From a virus (lineage: Duplodnaviria; Caudoviricetes), in the IMG/VR virus record IMGVR_UViG_3300014203_000001, positions 181,714 through 245,713 of that record: DNA of 64,000 nucleotides. One strand, written 5' to 3'. Below the pieces are notes generated by a model, which saw only the letters and a program-made list of their open reading frames with translations, had not been told where the DNA came from and searched no databases. Numbering within the stretch: position 1 is the first letter of the stretch; the number at the start of each line of letters is the position of its first letter. This document shows, one piece after another, positions 20,866 through 31,371 of this stretch. Position numbers and translations under genes: made by a program.

Positions 20866-21630
20866 ATGGAATTAGTTGTAGTAGGAAAGGATAATAAAGA
20901 AGAGATTGTTGAAAAGCTAAACAAATTCATCGGTACTCCAATTTTATTTTCTGGATTTGGGAGTATCAGGTATATATCCTCTGGAGAGGCGGCTAAAGAC
21001 AAAACTAAAATAATAACATCTGGTAGTTCATATATGACTAGGGAAAGACCGATAGACAAAATACTCAAAATCGATATATCCAATGTTATCAATTTGTTTA
21101 CCACAGATATGCCTATACCATATAAGATATATGAAGGATCAATATTAGAAATTTACGATGATTTATTAATCGCACATCACAATCCAATATCTGATAAATG
21201 GACAACTTCCACTTTTAATTTTACAGGGAAATCTATGTTTGATATTAGTAAGATTTCTCTTGTAGAAGTTAGTGAAGTCACTATTGATACTTTAGTAGAA
21301 AAACTAAATATTTTTGTTGGTAAAAAATCTAGAATCGTTAGTTTTACTGATAATCTTATCATCAATACAGATGACAATAATAGAGTTACTGATATTCATA
21401 ACGATAATATATTTTCTGTAACAAAACAAAAAGAATTTGGAAAATTAATAGCTATAGAAAAATGTGATATATTAGGTGCTTTTAATATAACAATGAAGTA
21501 TGATAATAAAAAGGATAAAATATGTATAGATATGATATATGGTGGTGATGTGGTAGAGGTACATGAAAATTATATTGTTATTCACCGTAAAGATTCATGT
21601 ATAATCAATACTTTATATTTTAACGATTAA
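20866..21630 (+). CDS. Hypothetical early protein with an internal two-domain repeat
   Basis: IVEKLNKFIG and LVEKLNIFVG halves; inserted between nrdD and nrdG with its own promoter and terminator. Confidence 0.65.
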   Translation: MELVVVGKDNKEEIVEKLNKFIGTPILFSGFGSIRYISSGEAAKDKTKIITSGSSYMTRERPIDKILKIDISNVINLFTTDMPIPYKIYEGSILEIYDDLLIAHHNPISDKWTTSTFNFTGKSMFDISKISLVEVSEVTIDTLVEKLNIFVGKKSRIVSFTDNLIINTDDNNRVTDIHNDNIFSVTKQKEFGKLIAIEKCDILGAFNITMKYDNKKDKICIDMIYGGDVVEVHENYIVIHRKDSCIINTLYFND

Positions 21631-21679
21631 AAGAAAGGGAATATTCCCTTTCTTTTTTATTTTTAGGAGGTTAATTAAT

Positions 21680-22186
21680 ATGAAATATGCCGATATATAT
21701 TATGACGATATCGCTAATGGAGAAGGTGTAAGAGCTGTACTATTTGTTAGTGGATGTAATCATAAATGTAAAGGATGCCATAATAAAAAGACATGGGACT
21801 TTAATTACGGAGAAGAGTTTACTATAGAACAACAAAATGAAATTATAGAATATTGTAAGAGAGAATATGTGAGCGGAATCACCGTCAGTGGAGGAGATCC
21901 GATGTACTCTGCTAAAGAACTCATTCTTTTTGTAAAGAGATTTAAGAAGGAATGCCCTGATAAAGATATATGGATTTACAGCGGGTTTGATTATATGGAT
22001 ATATTAGAAGATAAGAATATGAAATCACTACTAAAGCTATGCGATGTTCTAGTCGATGGACCATACAAAAAAGAACTAAAAGATGAAACTCTATCTTTTA
22101 AAGGATCTTATAATCAACGTATAATAGACATACGAGCTTCGCTATCTTTGAAATCAATTATTAATTGGGCTAGTACATTTTCATAA
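21680..22186 (+). CDS. nrdG: Anaerobic RNR activating enzyme
   Basis: NGEGVR, CNHKCKGCHN radical SAM motif, SGGDP, DVLVDG, FKGSYNQR. Confidence 0.95.
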   Translation: MKYADIYYDDIANGEGVRAVLFVSGCNHKCKGCHNKKTWDFNYGEEFTIEQQNEIIEYCKREYVSGITVSGGDPMYSAKELILFVKRFKKECPDKDIWIYSGFDYMDILEDKNMKSLLKLCDVLVDGPYKKELKDETLSFKGSYNQRIIDIRASLSLKSIINWASTFS

Positions 22187-22219
22187 TGGATAGAGAATGT
22201 CCACATAATAAAAGAGGAG

Positions 22220-22747
22220 ATGTTTATAATGAAATTTGAAAAAATTGGTGTTGAAACTTTCGCAGCGTTCTTATCTAGCAAAGGTGATGCTATGGAGTCA
22301 ACGCAACAACGGGAAGAAAAGATTACATATTTTTTAGAAGAGTTACCTTTACCTAAACGTGGCAGTGCTACTTCTGCGGGTTACGATTTCACTTGCCCAG
22401 TAGATGTATATATCGAACCAGGAAAGAGAGTACTTATTCCTACAGGTATTAAAGTACAATTAGGTATTGATAAGATTCTTAGCTTATACCCACGTAGCAG
22501 CTTAGGAACCAAATCAGATTGTATGCTAGCTAACACGGTTGGTATCATCGATTCTGATTATTATGGTAATGAGAATAATGAAGGTCATATCTTAGCTATG
22601 ATCAAAAACAATTCAGATGTGGCTGTTCAAATTAAACAAGGTGATAGATTCTGCCAAGGTATCATTAATCAATTCTTTACAGTTGAAGGTGATACTATCG
22701 GAGAAGGAAAGAAAAGAATGGGTGGCTTAGGTAGTACAGGTAAATAA
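22220..22747 (+). CDS. dut: Trimeric dUTPase
   Basis: All five motifs: SAGYD, RSS, GIIDSDYYG, GDRFCQ, RMGGLGSTG. Confidence 0.93.
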   Translation: MFIMKFEKIGVETFAAFLSSKGDAMESTQQREEKITYFLEELPLPKRGSATSAGYDFTCPVDVYIEPGKRVLIPTGIKVQLGIDKILSLYPRSSLGTKSDCMLANTVGIIDSDYYGNENNEGHILAMIKNNSDVAVQIKQGDRFCQGIINQFFTVEGDTIGEGKKRMGGLGSTGK

Positions 22748-22819
22748 TTATAATAAATAAAAATATAGTGGACTAGTCTATAATGGCTAGTCCACTATTT
22801 CTGTATATAATTTCTCAAT

Positions 22820-22838
22820 TATATATTATATAGGTGAG
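22820..22838 (+). promoter_or_regulatory. Early-type phage promoter motif
   Basis: TATATATTATATAGGTGAG. Confidence 0.75.
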
Positions 22839-22879
22839 TACAAATATATGATACTCATAAAATATAGGAGGTGTATGAA

Positions 22880-23407
22880 ATGAGTAAAAAGTATGAATTG
22901 ACTAATACGACTAAAGAAATAAATGGTAGTAAAGTATACCAAATAAGGGCATTAAAAGACTTTGGTGGTGTAAAGACAGGAGATCTAGGTGGGTGGATAG
23001 AAAAAGAATCTAATCTATCTCATGAAGGAAATGCTTGGGTATATGGTAATGCTAAAGTATATGATAATAGTAAAGTATATTGTAATGCCATAGTATATGG
23101 TAATGCCTGGGTAAGTGGTAATGCTAAAGTATATGGTAATGCTAGAGTACATGGCGATGCTAGAGTACATGGTAATGCTAGAGTACATGGTAAAGACGAT
23201 ATATTTTGGATATCTAATATAGGATCGGAAGGTGATACATTAACAGCTTATTTGGATAAAGATAATAATATATTAATTACTAGAGGATGTTTTATAGGAA
23301 CTATAGAAGAATTCGAAAAAGCTGTAGAGAAAACCCATGGTAATAATAAATATGGCGAGTTTTATAAAATGTTAATACCGCTCATTACCCTAAAACTTAA
23401 ATCATAA
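22880..23407 (+). CDS. Hexapeptide-repeat (left-handed beta-helix) phage protein
   Basis: GDLGGWIE followed by GNA(W/K/R)V(Y/H) tandem repeats; GCFIGT. Confidence 0.8.
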   Translation: MSKKYELTNTTKEINGSKVYQIRALKDFGGVKTGDLGGWIEKESNLSHEGNAWVYGNAKVYDNSKVYCNAIVYGNAWVSGNAKVYGNARVHGDARVHGNARVHGKDDIFWISNIGSEGDTLTAYLDKDNNILITRGCFIGTIEEFEKAVEKTHGNNKYGEFYKMLIPLITLKLKS

Positions 23408-23409
23408 AG

Positions 23410-25773
23410 GTGGTAAACGAACCAATGGAAACAATAAAGAATGTAAATGTTGCAACGCAACACAATGATGATTACAGAGGCTATGCCATTTATGTAATCA
23501 GACAAAGAGCAATTCCAGATTATCGGGATGGATTAAAGTTAGTCCATAGAAGGATTCTATTTGCTATGTATCATGATCTTAGAGCTACGCATAGCAAGAT
23601 TAAAACACTTAGAGTTATTGGAGAGGTATTAGGAAAATATCATCCCCACGGAGATTCATCTGTAAACGATGCTATCAAACCAATGGTAAACTGGTTCGAG
23701 ATTTATATGCCTTTAATAGAAGCTCATGGTAGCTTTGGTAATGCTATGGGCGCTAGAGCATCAGATCCAAGATATACAGGAGTATCATTGAATAAATTTA
23801 CAGTAGATTGTGTTATTTCTGAACTGCAAGAAGCTGCCAACTCTGTAGATTGGAAGAATAACTACGATGATGAATTTCTAGAACCAGTGTTCTTACCAGC
23901 TGCAGTTCCACTACTTTTAATTAACGGGGCATTTGGTATTGCCGTAGGGATGAAAACCCAAGTACCTAAGCATAATATCTCAGAAGTAATAGATGCTACT
24001 ATTAGACTGATAGATCATCCTAATGCTGATATCGTATTAGTACCAGATAATCCTATGGGTAGTGATATTATCGAAACTGATTTCGCTTCTATCTCAAGAA
24101 CAGGTAGAGGTAAATACATAGTCAGAGGAAGAATTGAAATAGGTGAGTACAAAGGCAAGCCAGCTTTGTATGTAAAATCCCTTCCAGACATGGTATTCTT
24201 TAATTCTATCGAAGAGAAATTGGAAAAGATTATATTGGCAAATGGTTTACCTCAAGTCTCTGCAATAGAGAAACTATCATCTCTAGATAAGGGTGGTAAT
24301 GAAATATTCTCAGCTGTTATCGTTTTGAAGAAGGGGTCCGATCCTGAGTTCGTAAAGAATATTGTATATAATGCTACTGATATGCAGAAGGTTATTCCTG
24401 TTAACTTCGAAGTTATACAGAATGATACTCCTGTTCTTATGAACTATAAACAGTATCTTTTAAACTTCTTAGAGTTTAGAAGACAGACCAAGTATAGAAT
24501 GTATAGTAATAGATTACAAGAAGTTAAGACTAAAGTTCACGAAATCTATCTATATATCTTAGCTATGGAATCTGGAGAGATCGATAATATTATTCAGATG
24601 ATTCGTACCCAAAAAGGTACAGATAGAAATGAGAATATCGAATATCTTGTAAAGAAATTAAAAGTAACTACTTTGCAGGCTAAGTTTATACTAAGTACTA
24701 ATTTAGAGAAATTCTCTGCTGGTTATCTAGCAAAATATAAACAAGAAGTAGCTAAGAATGAAGAGAAGGTACAAGAATTTATTCAAAAGATTACTATTCC
24801 TGGAGAGATTGATAAAGAACTTAGAGAAGAGTTAATGATGTTCAAAAAGAAATATGGATGCCCCAGAAGAAGCAAAATTATTTCTCAATCAGAGGTATCA
24901 GGAATTCCAGAGGGTATATTCAAATTAGTATTCACAAAGAATAACTTTATCAAGAAGATAGGAGAGCATGAGAATATTGGATCTATGAGTGGAGATGAAG
25001 TACGATATATCTTCACTGCTAACAATACAGATAATCTTCTTATGTTTGATAGTGCAGGTAAAGTATACAAATTACCAGTACATAAGATTCCATTTGCAGC
25101 TAAAGGTTCTAATGGTATTGATATTAGAATGATTAATAAATACTTTAGTGCTAATATCTGCTGCATTGTAACAGAGTCTATGGTAGCCAGTATTGCTAAG
25201 AATAAGCAAAACTTTATCTACGTTATTACTGAAAACGGATTCATTAAGAGAATGGATCTAGATGATTTCTTAACAGTCCAGTTTAGCGGTACTATATTCG
25301 TTAAATTAGAAGATGGTGATATGGTTAAAGATATTATCTTCATGCCAGAGCAATGTGATATTCTTATATACTCTAGACATAAAGTATTAAGAATCAACGG
25401 ATCTGAAGCTCCTCATCTAAGAAGAATTACCAAAGGTAATAAAGCTATGGATACAAATTATCAAATAGATGGGTTTAGTTGTTTATATCCTGGAGCTACA
25501 GATATAGTAGTTGTTACCGAATCTGGTAGAATAAATAGAGTATCGATACATGGAGTTCCTTTATCTACTAGAGCAAGAGCAGGACAAAGCATTATTAAGC
25601 TAGGTAAGACAGATAATATCAAAAAAATACTTGTATGTAAACCTAGCAATGTAGTAAAGATCACAGTTAATAATGAGATCAAAAGAATTCCAGTATGTGA
25701 TATCCCAGAAGGATCTTCTATTAGTGCTGGAAACAAAATGGTTTCAAATCCACTTAAAGTGGAGTTGGAGTAG
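23410..25773 (+). CDS. gyrA: Type IIA topoisomerase A subunit (GyrA/ParC-like)
   Basis: RAIPDYRDGLKLVHRRIL, KYHPHGD, catalytic PRYT, C-terminal beta-pinwheel repeats; start may be ATG 23425. Confidence 0.93.
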   Translation: MVNEPMETIKNVNVATQHNDDYRGYAIYVIRQRAIPDYRDGLKLVHRRILFAMYHDLRATHSKIKTLRVIGEVLGKYHPHGDSSVNDAIKPMVNWFEIYMPLIEAHGSFGNAMGARASDPRYTGVSLNKFTVDCVISELQEAANSVDWKNNYDDEFLEPVFLPAAVPLLLINGAFGIAVGMKTQVPKHNISEVIDATIRLIDHPNADIVLVPDNPMGSDIIETDFASISRTGRGKYIVRGRIEIGEYKGKPALYVKSLPDMVFFNSIEEKLEKIILANGLPQVSAIEKLSSLDKGGNEIFSAVIVLKKGSDPEFVKNIVYNATDMQKVIPVNFEVIQNDTPVLMNYKQYLLNFLEFRRQTKYRMYSNRLQEVKTKVHEIYLYILAMESGEIDNIIQMIRTQKGTDRNENIEYLVKKLKVTTLQAKFILSTNLEKFSAGYLAKYKQEVAKNEEKVQEFIQKITIPGEIDKELREELMMFKKKYGCPRRSKIISQSEVSGIPEGIFKLVFTKNNFIKKIGEHENIGSMSGDEVRYIFTANNTDNLLMFDSAGKVYKLPVHKIPFAAKGSNGIDIRMINKYFSANICCIVTESMVASIAKNKQNFIYVITENGFIKRMDLDDFLTVQFSGTIFVKLEDGDMVKDIIFMPEQCDILIYSRHKVLRINGSEAPHLRRITKGNKAMDTNYQIDGFSCLYPGATDIVVVTESGRINRVSIHGVPLSTRARAGQSIIKLGKTDNIKKILVCKPSNVVKITVNNEIKRIPVCDIPEGSSISAGNKMVSNPLKVELE

Positions 25774-25930
25774 AATGGGAGAGATATCAATTGTAGAACT
25801 TTTAAAATTTTCCCTTCTGTTAGCAATACCATCCACTATACTTATAATTATACATGTATTTCTTATACTATTAATAGTAAAACTATTTTTAAAGGATAAC
25901 TTTTAAAAGTTATCCTTTTATTTTAAGGAG

Positions 25931-26332
25931 ATGAATAATATGGATAATTGTATTAAGATAAATATGAATACTATATTAGAAGTTTTTGGTATATTAAAAT
26001 CATTAGAAGGAAATAAATTTAATAAAGAAGCTTACTTATTTCAGCAAACAACATATCATAATATTGAAGAAATAATAGAAGAGTATGTGAGTAAAGATAA
26101 ATTCGAACCAAATGAAGAGATTACTGTTACCGAAGTGGCAATGACAGATTTTAATAGGAGAATAGTTTTAGATTTTGACGACGGATCTACTGAAAATATA
26201 GATATAGATCTCGGGACTATATTAGACGATGAAAATTATATGGAAATCAGAAATACTAATAACTGTATTATTATCATTTTAAAGCAATGGAAATATGGTA
26301 GACTCGTAAAGCTTTATATGAGTGATAAATAA
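25931..26332 (+). CDS. Hypothetical protein
   Basis: 133 aa, AAGGAG RBS. Confidence 0.6.
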   Translation: MNNMDNCIKINMNTILEVFGILKSLEGNKFNKEAYLFQQTTYHNIEEIIEEYVSKDKFEPNEEITVTEVAMTDFNRRIVLDFDDGSTENIDIDLGTILDDENYMEIRNTNNCIIIILKQWKYGRLVKLYMSDK

Positions 26333-26701
26333 ATGAAAACACGATATAGAATTTTTAGGATTAAAGATGATCGTAGTTTAGTATTAGCAAAATTTCATAA
26401 TACAGAGAATGGGTTTTCTTCACATGAAGAGGCAGAGAAAGCTTTAGAAAAGCTTCTAGATAAGGAAACCCAAGTCACTTATCTTATTATGCCAGCGTAT
26501 AGCTATAATAAAATTGTTAAATCAGAGAAAGCAACTATTTATACATTCAAAGATATGCATAAATGTATAGAAAAAATAAATGAATTTATACAGCAATCAG
26601 AATATGTATCTTGGGCATATGGAATTTTTAGTGATGACAAATTTGATATATTGAAAGGACCAACTAAGATAAAAATCTATAGCTATCAATTAGTACTATA
26701 G
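26333..26701 (+). CDS. Hypothetical protein, possibly frameshifted at the 3' end
   Basis: 122 aa ORF; a second open frame 26683-26877 continues to the terminator. Confidence 0.5.
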   Translation: MKTRYRIFRIKDDRSLVLAKFHNTENGFSSHEEAEKALEKLLDKETQVTYLIMPAYSYNKIVKSEKATIYTFKDMHKCIEKINEFIQQSEYVSWAYGIFSDDKFDILKGPTKIKIYSYQLVL

Positions 26702-26941
26702 ATGGTACTCATCTATTCTATGAAATTAAGGACCGTGATAGAAACCAAAGGGGATGTATCCAATCAAGAATAAAAGAACCCGCTATATGTATAATGATAC
26801 GAGGAAATACAATATACATTCCTACTGGAGCAGATGATCCTTCTGAACACTATTCATTTACATTATTAGAAGATTAGGTGATAATATAAGAGATAGTAAA
26901 TAGCTATCTCTTTATTTTTTGTAATACTTAGTTATTTTAGT

Positions 26942-26998
26942 CATATATTATATAAGTGAGCAATAATAAAATATTGTATCTTATATTGAGGTGATATT
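26942..26998 (+). promoter_or_regulatory. Early-type promoter with repeated leader/RBS cassette
   Basis: CATATATTATATAAGTGAGCAATA...AAAATATTGTATCTTATATTGAGGTGATAT, near-identical to 36244 and 37799. Confidence 0.78.
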
Positions 26999-27427
26999 AT
27001 GATTAATATTGTAGACTTTAAAGGTGTTAAATTTTCCATGGATGATGAAGAGCATTCATTACATTGTGCTAATAATGAGATGCTCTTTGTGGTATTATTA
27101 AACCAAGGACTTAGCAACGATCCTAATGGTATTGCATGGGCTTTATACAATGACGAATGCAACTCTGCATTCGATGAGATATTCGCGGCTCATAGAATAT
27201 TAGGACAAGAGGATATCTTTAAATCCAGAGGAGGATCTATCACCGTTAGTTTAAATGGTCATACCTTCAAAAGTGAAGGATATGATGAAACTTCAATGGT
27301 ACTTGATGGTGGCACTATAGCTACTATAGTATCTCTATCCACTACAAGAGGATATACTATTGATACCTTATATGAATTCCACGATATCATTAAAGAATTC
27401 TTAATCGCAAATATCATATCAATATAA
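26999..27427 (+). CDS. Hypothetical early protein
   Basis: GAGGTG RBS; early-type promoter cassette at 26942. Confidence 0.65.
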   Translation: MINIVDFKGVKFSMDDEEHSLHCANNEMLFVVLLNQGLSNDPNGIAWALYNDECNSAFDEIFAAHRILGQEDIFKSRGGSITVSLNGHTFKSEGYDETSMVLDGGTIATIVSLSTTRGYTIDTLYEFHDIIKEFLIANIISI

Positions 27428-27441
27428 AGGAGGAGTTTATA

Positions 27442-27591
27442 ATGGATGTCAAAGAAAAACAAGAAAAAGAAGAGTTAGAAAAAGAGGCATGGAAAGAATT
27501 AAAGGATCAATTCAGTATTACTCCTAGATTTAAAACCATGGAAGAGTTCAATGAGTTCTTCGACGATCCTAATTCAGTATTAAAACTATAA
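27442..27591 (+). CDS. Small acidic protein (49 aa, MDVKEKQEKEELEKEAW...)
   Basis: AGGAGGAG RBS, followed by hairpin; below ORF-track size cutoff. Confidence 0.6.
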   Translation: MDVKEKQEKEELEKEAWKELKDQFSITPRFKTMEEFNEFFDDPNSVLKL

Positions 27592-27658
27592 TTATAGAGG
27601 CGAGCAATCGCCTTTATTTTTTCTAATATACACATCTATTTAAAGGCGGTGTTTATAA

Positions 27659-28834
27659 TTGAAATCAACAGAGTCAATTTTAAAAATATTATATCCTAAA
27701 GTGGAGAAATCTTTAACTAAGAATACTCCTAAATTTAAACAAGTAATATCTAAGTTTATGAATGATAGGAATGCTCAGATATTTGATACTTGCCCATGCG
27801 ATAGAATATACTATGGTGAGAATGATGAGAACGAAATGCTACACGCTTTAGATATTACTAAAGCAGAAATAAAAGAAGCAGTAGAAGGAACGTACTATTA
27901 TCCCATTACTGCGTTTAATCCTAGAGCAGCGAAGGACGAACTTACTGTTCTTATGCTTACAGTAATTAGATATTTCATTAAGAAGAAAGATCAACAGAAT
28001 ACTGAATTGGCTATGATCTACTTAGCATTCTCTGGGAAGTTCTATCCATCGGTACACTATATGGCTTTTCCTAAAGTTCAGCCTTCGGAATATAGACATG
28101 TAATGGAATATGTAATAAACTCTATGCTTAGTAACAAATTTGATCTAAAGACTAAAGGATCTGTGTTTGGTGCTATAAAGAGTGTAGGTTTAACATGGTT
28201 AGATTCGTATGATGATATGTTTAAGAGCTATGATGATGAAGATGTAGTATATCTTATACAGCAATTACATAATAGAATAAAATCCTTTATGAAGAATATA
28301 GCTGAGTTGTATTATAAAGCATATGCAGATAAAGACTATATTACTTATGATAGTGATTCATTAGACGATTCTGATTATCATCTAGCAGATAGCGATTCAT
28401 TAAAAGCAGAACGTATTATAGAAAGGTCTATGGAGAAGATAAATAGCACATCTGTAGATTATAAACTATGTAAAATGTCTGCTGATAATAATGTAAGAAC
28501 AGAAGAGATAAAATCTATAGTAGAAGCTATCTTGAATAGTAAAGATAATATACTAGAAGTTAAAGAACTTGTAAGAGCTTTAGTATATACGTACTTTGCT
28601 CAGGCTAACACTAAAGAAGTATCTGATATAGCATTTATAACATTCTCTATATCTCCTAAACCTAATACCAAAGACCCTCATATTCTTAGAATTAAAGAGA
28701 TCTTAGAAGGATGGTTAGAAGACAACTCTATTTCATATAGAAAGAGAAAGAAACGATTAGCTACAAGGAATAGCTATAACAAAGCAATACTTATGTATTT
28801 TACACTAGTAGTCCATATCGCGAATAAATCATGA
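27659..28834 (+). CDS. Hypothetical protein (391 aa), probably late-expressed
   Basis: TTG start after AAGGCGG; CACA-N6-TA motif at 27631. Confidence 0.7.
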   Translation: MKSTESILKILYPKVEKSLTKNTPKFKQVISKFMNDRNAQIFDTCPCDRIYYGENDENEMLHALDITKAEIKEAVEGTYYYPITAFNPRAAKDELTVLMLTVIRYFIKKKDQQNTELAMIYLAFSGKFYPSVHYMAFPKVQPSEYRHVMEYVINSMLSNKFDLKTKGSVFGAIKSVGLTWLDSYDDMFKSYDDEDVVYLIQQLHNRIKSFMKNIAELYYKAYADKDYITYDSDSLDDSDYHLADSDSLKAERIIERSMEKINSTSVDYKLCKMSADNNVRTEEIKSIVEAILNSKDNILEVKELVRALVYTYFAQANTKEVSDIAFITFSISPKPNTKDPHILRIKEILEGWLEDNSISYRKRKKRLATRNSYNKAILMYFTLVVHIANKS

Positions 28835-29331
28835 TTACTACTACATATTTAAAAGTATCTGAAATAGAACCTGAGGGTATTAGATATTTTATGATTGATA
28901 GATTACATGATGAGCTAAAAGATATAAATTATCCTGGATTTGAAAAATGGTTCTACAATACAGTATTACCAGAGATAAAAGATGGGAGAAGAGATATAAT
29001 ACTTTCTTTATCTAAACTAGACAATGGCAGAACAGTTCTATCTGGAATTGCAATAGTTAAAAATCATGATACTGAAAAGAAAATCTGCACATTCAAGATA
29101 AATGAGAATTATAGAGGATTAGGCGTAGGTAAAGGATTATTCGAAACTTGCTTTGAATATCTTGGGACTAGATCGCCAGTCTTCACTGTATCTCATAATA
29201 AGAAAGATATGTTTTCTAAACTTCTTGATATGTTTTCTTTTAAAGAAACTCAGTGTTTAAAAGATTATTATATTAGTGGATTAGATGAATACGTATATAA
29301 CGGAAAATTAAATAAGAGGGATAGCTATTAG
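28831..29331 (+). CDS. GNAT-family acetyltransferase
   Basis: KKICTFKINENYRGLGVGKGL acetyl-CoA binding motif. Confidence 0.8.
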   Translation: MITTTYLKVSEIEPEGIRYFMIDRLHDELKDINYPGFEKWFYNTVLPEIKDGRRDIILSLSKLDNGRTVLSGIAIVKNHDTEKKICTFKINENYRGLGVGKGLFETCFEYLGTRSPVFTVSHNKKDMFSKLLDMFSFKETQCLKDYYISGLDEYVYNGKLNKRDSY

Positions 29332-29361
29332 CTATCCCTCGATATAGTTTGCTTTTTGAAT

Positions 29362-29380
29362 TATATATTATATAGGTGAG
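29362..29380 (+). promoter_or_regulatory. Early-type phage promoter motif
   Basis: TATATATTATATAGGTGAG. Confidence 0.75.
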
Positions 29381-29419
29381 AACAATTAAGCTATTCTCGA
29401 ATTAAAGGAGGAATTTATA

Positions 29420-29857
29420 ATGACAATCGAAATTAAAAGAATGGTATTTGAAAACCCAATGCAGAGAGATCTATGTTTTACTCTAGGAATCCTAGAAAGT
29501 TTCTTTGATACTAAAGGAGAAAAGGATGTCTATACACAAATATGCGAAGCCTGGAAAACTCTCAATGATAAGGCTGTTGCTGAGGGGAATCCATCATTAA
29601 ATGTAAATATCAGTAAAGCAAAATATGCGTATTCCATGCAAGGAAGCATTTTATTAAAAGATGAGCGGACTAATATTGAAGAAACCATCTTAATAGAAGG
29701 TGGAATTGATTATATGATCTATATGTACTACCCAGATGAGAGTAAATTAGTTAGTTATATCGCAGCTAGATGTACTGAATTGAAAGAGTATTTAAAATTA
29801 AATACTGAGTTGGTATTACAATTTAAATATGAAGATACATATTTATACGGAGTATGA
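29420..29857 (+). CDS. Hypothetical early protein, paralog family B
   Basis: Similar to ORFs at 31371 and 31803. Confidence 0.65.
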   Translation: MTIEIKRMVFENPMQRDLCFTLGILESFFDTKGEKDVYTQICEAWKTLNDKAVAEGNPSLNVNISKAKYAYSMQGSILLKDERTNIEETILIEGGIDYMIYMYYPDESKLVSYIAARCTELKEYLKLNTELVLQFKYEDTYLYGV

Positions 29858-29869
29858 GGAGGAATAGAA

Positions 29870-30190
29870 ATGTTAACGATTAAATTGACAAAAGAAAATA
29901 GTGCTAAAATTATTGAAGACCTAGAAAAGAGCTTATGTGATAATCTAAGGATTTACCATATCTATTCAGATAAAGAAGAATTTAGTGTTAGTCATAATAT
30001 TGGTACTCTTAAAGGTATAGCAGTAGACATGGAGTATGGAGATATCAGATTAACACTATCTGATGGGTCTACTACAGAAATCCATATGGGGAATACCTTA
30101 TTAGCTGATGGAGACAGGCAGATAATTTCTATACGCAAAGATGAGATATCTGAGTCGAAGACAGTAATCTATCTAAAGAAAAACAAATAG
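29870..30190 (+). CDS. Hypothetical protein, paralog family A
   Basis: IKLTKEN N-terminus shared with 30238. Confidence 0.6.
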   Translation: MLTIKLTKENSAKIIEDLEKSLCDNLRIYHIYSDKEEFSVSHNIGTLKGIAVDMEYGDIRLTLSDGSTTEIHMGNTLLADGDRQIISIRKDEISESKTVIYLKKNK

Positions 30191-30237
30191 AGAGAAGGCT
30201 AAATTAGCCTTCTCTTTTTTATTAAGGGGAAATTATA

Positions 30238-30588
30238 ATGATAGAGAAGATTGTAATTACTAAAGAAAACTTAGATATGTGCGCCGACGAGATTATTAAT
30301 GCATTAGAGAATGCTAGACTAAAAGTGATTTCTTATTGTCATAGCGATGATGATTATACAGCAAACTATTACAAAGGAAGATTTAGTGAAGTTTTAGAAC
30401 CCGTAGATCCAAATGATAATTCTCTGGATATATGTATAATAGCTACTCATACATATTTTATTACATTAACTATAGGGGATATCATTATTATTAAAGATAA
30501 TCAAGTAGTATTTTCTAAAGCTCCTACAGTTATTGGTAATGAAGAGGTTACTATTATTAACGTTAGTAAGAAAGGAGAATCTAAATGA
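30238..30588 (+). CDS. Hypothetical protein, paralog family A
   Basis: IVITKEN N-terminus; AAGGGG RBS. Confidence 0.6.
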   Translation: MIEKIVITKENLDMCADEIINALENARLKVISYCHSDDDYTANYYKGRFSEVLEPVDPNDNSLDICIIATHTYFITLTIGDIIIIKDNQVVFSKAPTVIGNEEVTIINVSKKGESK

Positions 30589-30959
30589 AAGAATTAGATC
30601 CTAATGGTAAGATAACTGAGCTAGTAAATTGTATAGTTTATAAACTATACAGAAAGAAGTTCTACAATGGGTTTAAGAAAGTCCAGGTTGGTAATTACTA
30701 TGACGTAACGTTTACGCTATGCGATAAACAAGGCAATCCTATGAGACATATCTTAAAGAAATTAAAAATTGGATTCTTTAGAGATAAGATAAGTGTAATG
30801 ATGATCGATATTTCTAACGATGTTATCGGGCAGTTTATCTTATCAACTCCAGAAGAGGAAGAAGCATTAATATTATATATTGTATCTTTTATCATTGAAC
30901 ATACTAAGGCATGTATCAAAGTAGACAATGTTAAAGCTGAATTATTTGGATTAAAATAA
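30585..30959 (+). CDS. Hypothetical protein
   Basis: 124 aa, AAGGAG RBS. Confidence 0.6.
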   Translation: MKELDPNGKITELVNCIVYKLYRKKFYNGFKKVQVGNYYDVTFTLCDKQGNPMRHILKKLKIGFFRDKISVMMIDISNDVIGQFILSTPEEEEALILYIVSFIIEHTKACIKVDNVKAELFGLK

Positions 30960-30972
30960 AGGAGGAATTATA

Positions 30973-31371
30973 ATGGAAGATACACCAAGAGAAAAGACTG
31001 AAGAAGAGGTAAGAAATGAATTTTTAGATTATATGTGGAATATTATAGACTATTGGGAGAAAGAGTCAAGAGCTGTAACGTCTAGAGAGAAACTATCTGG
31101 ATTAATGCATTCGGTTCTTGCTACATTAGATGGATGTGCTATATCCATTCCAGGATTTATTGTAGCTCCTTCTCCTCATATAGAAGATAAAGAATTTGAT
31201 ATATCAAAAGGAGAAAACTATTATCAGTATAATGGCGATTCTATTATAAAATGTGATATTGCTGGAGGGCTGTTGCATGAGTTATTTTATTCTAGAGAAC
31301 CTAGTAGACGAAGAGCTGAGATGTTAGCGAGAGAAACATTGCTATCAACTCTAGATAAGGAGGAGAAATAA
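30973..31371 (+). CDS. Hypothetical protein
   Basis: 132 aa, GGAGG RBS. Confidence 0.65.
   Translation: MEDTPREKTEEEVRNEFLDYMWNIIDYWEKESRAVTSREKLSGLMHSVLATLDGCAISIPGFIVAPSPHIEDKEFDISKGENYYQYNGDSIIKCDIAGGLLHELFYSREPSRRRAEMLARETLLSTLDKEEK

Noticed and set aside
23030-23195. Tandem 18-bp repeats as a CRISPR array
   Set aside because: They are coding hexapeptide repeats with no unique spacers; the Cas4-like nuclease at 2919 has no cas neighbours.
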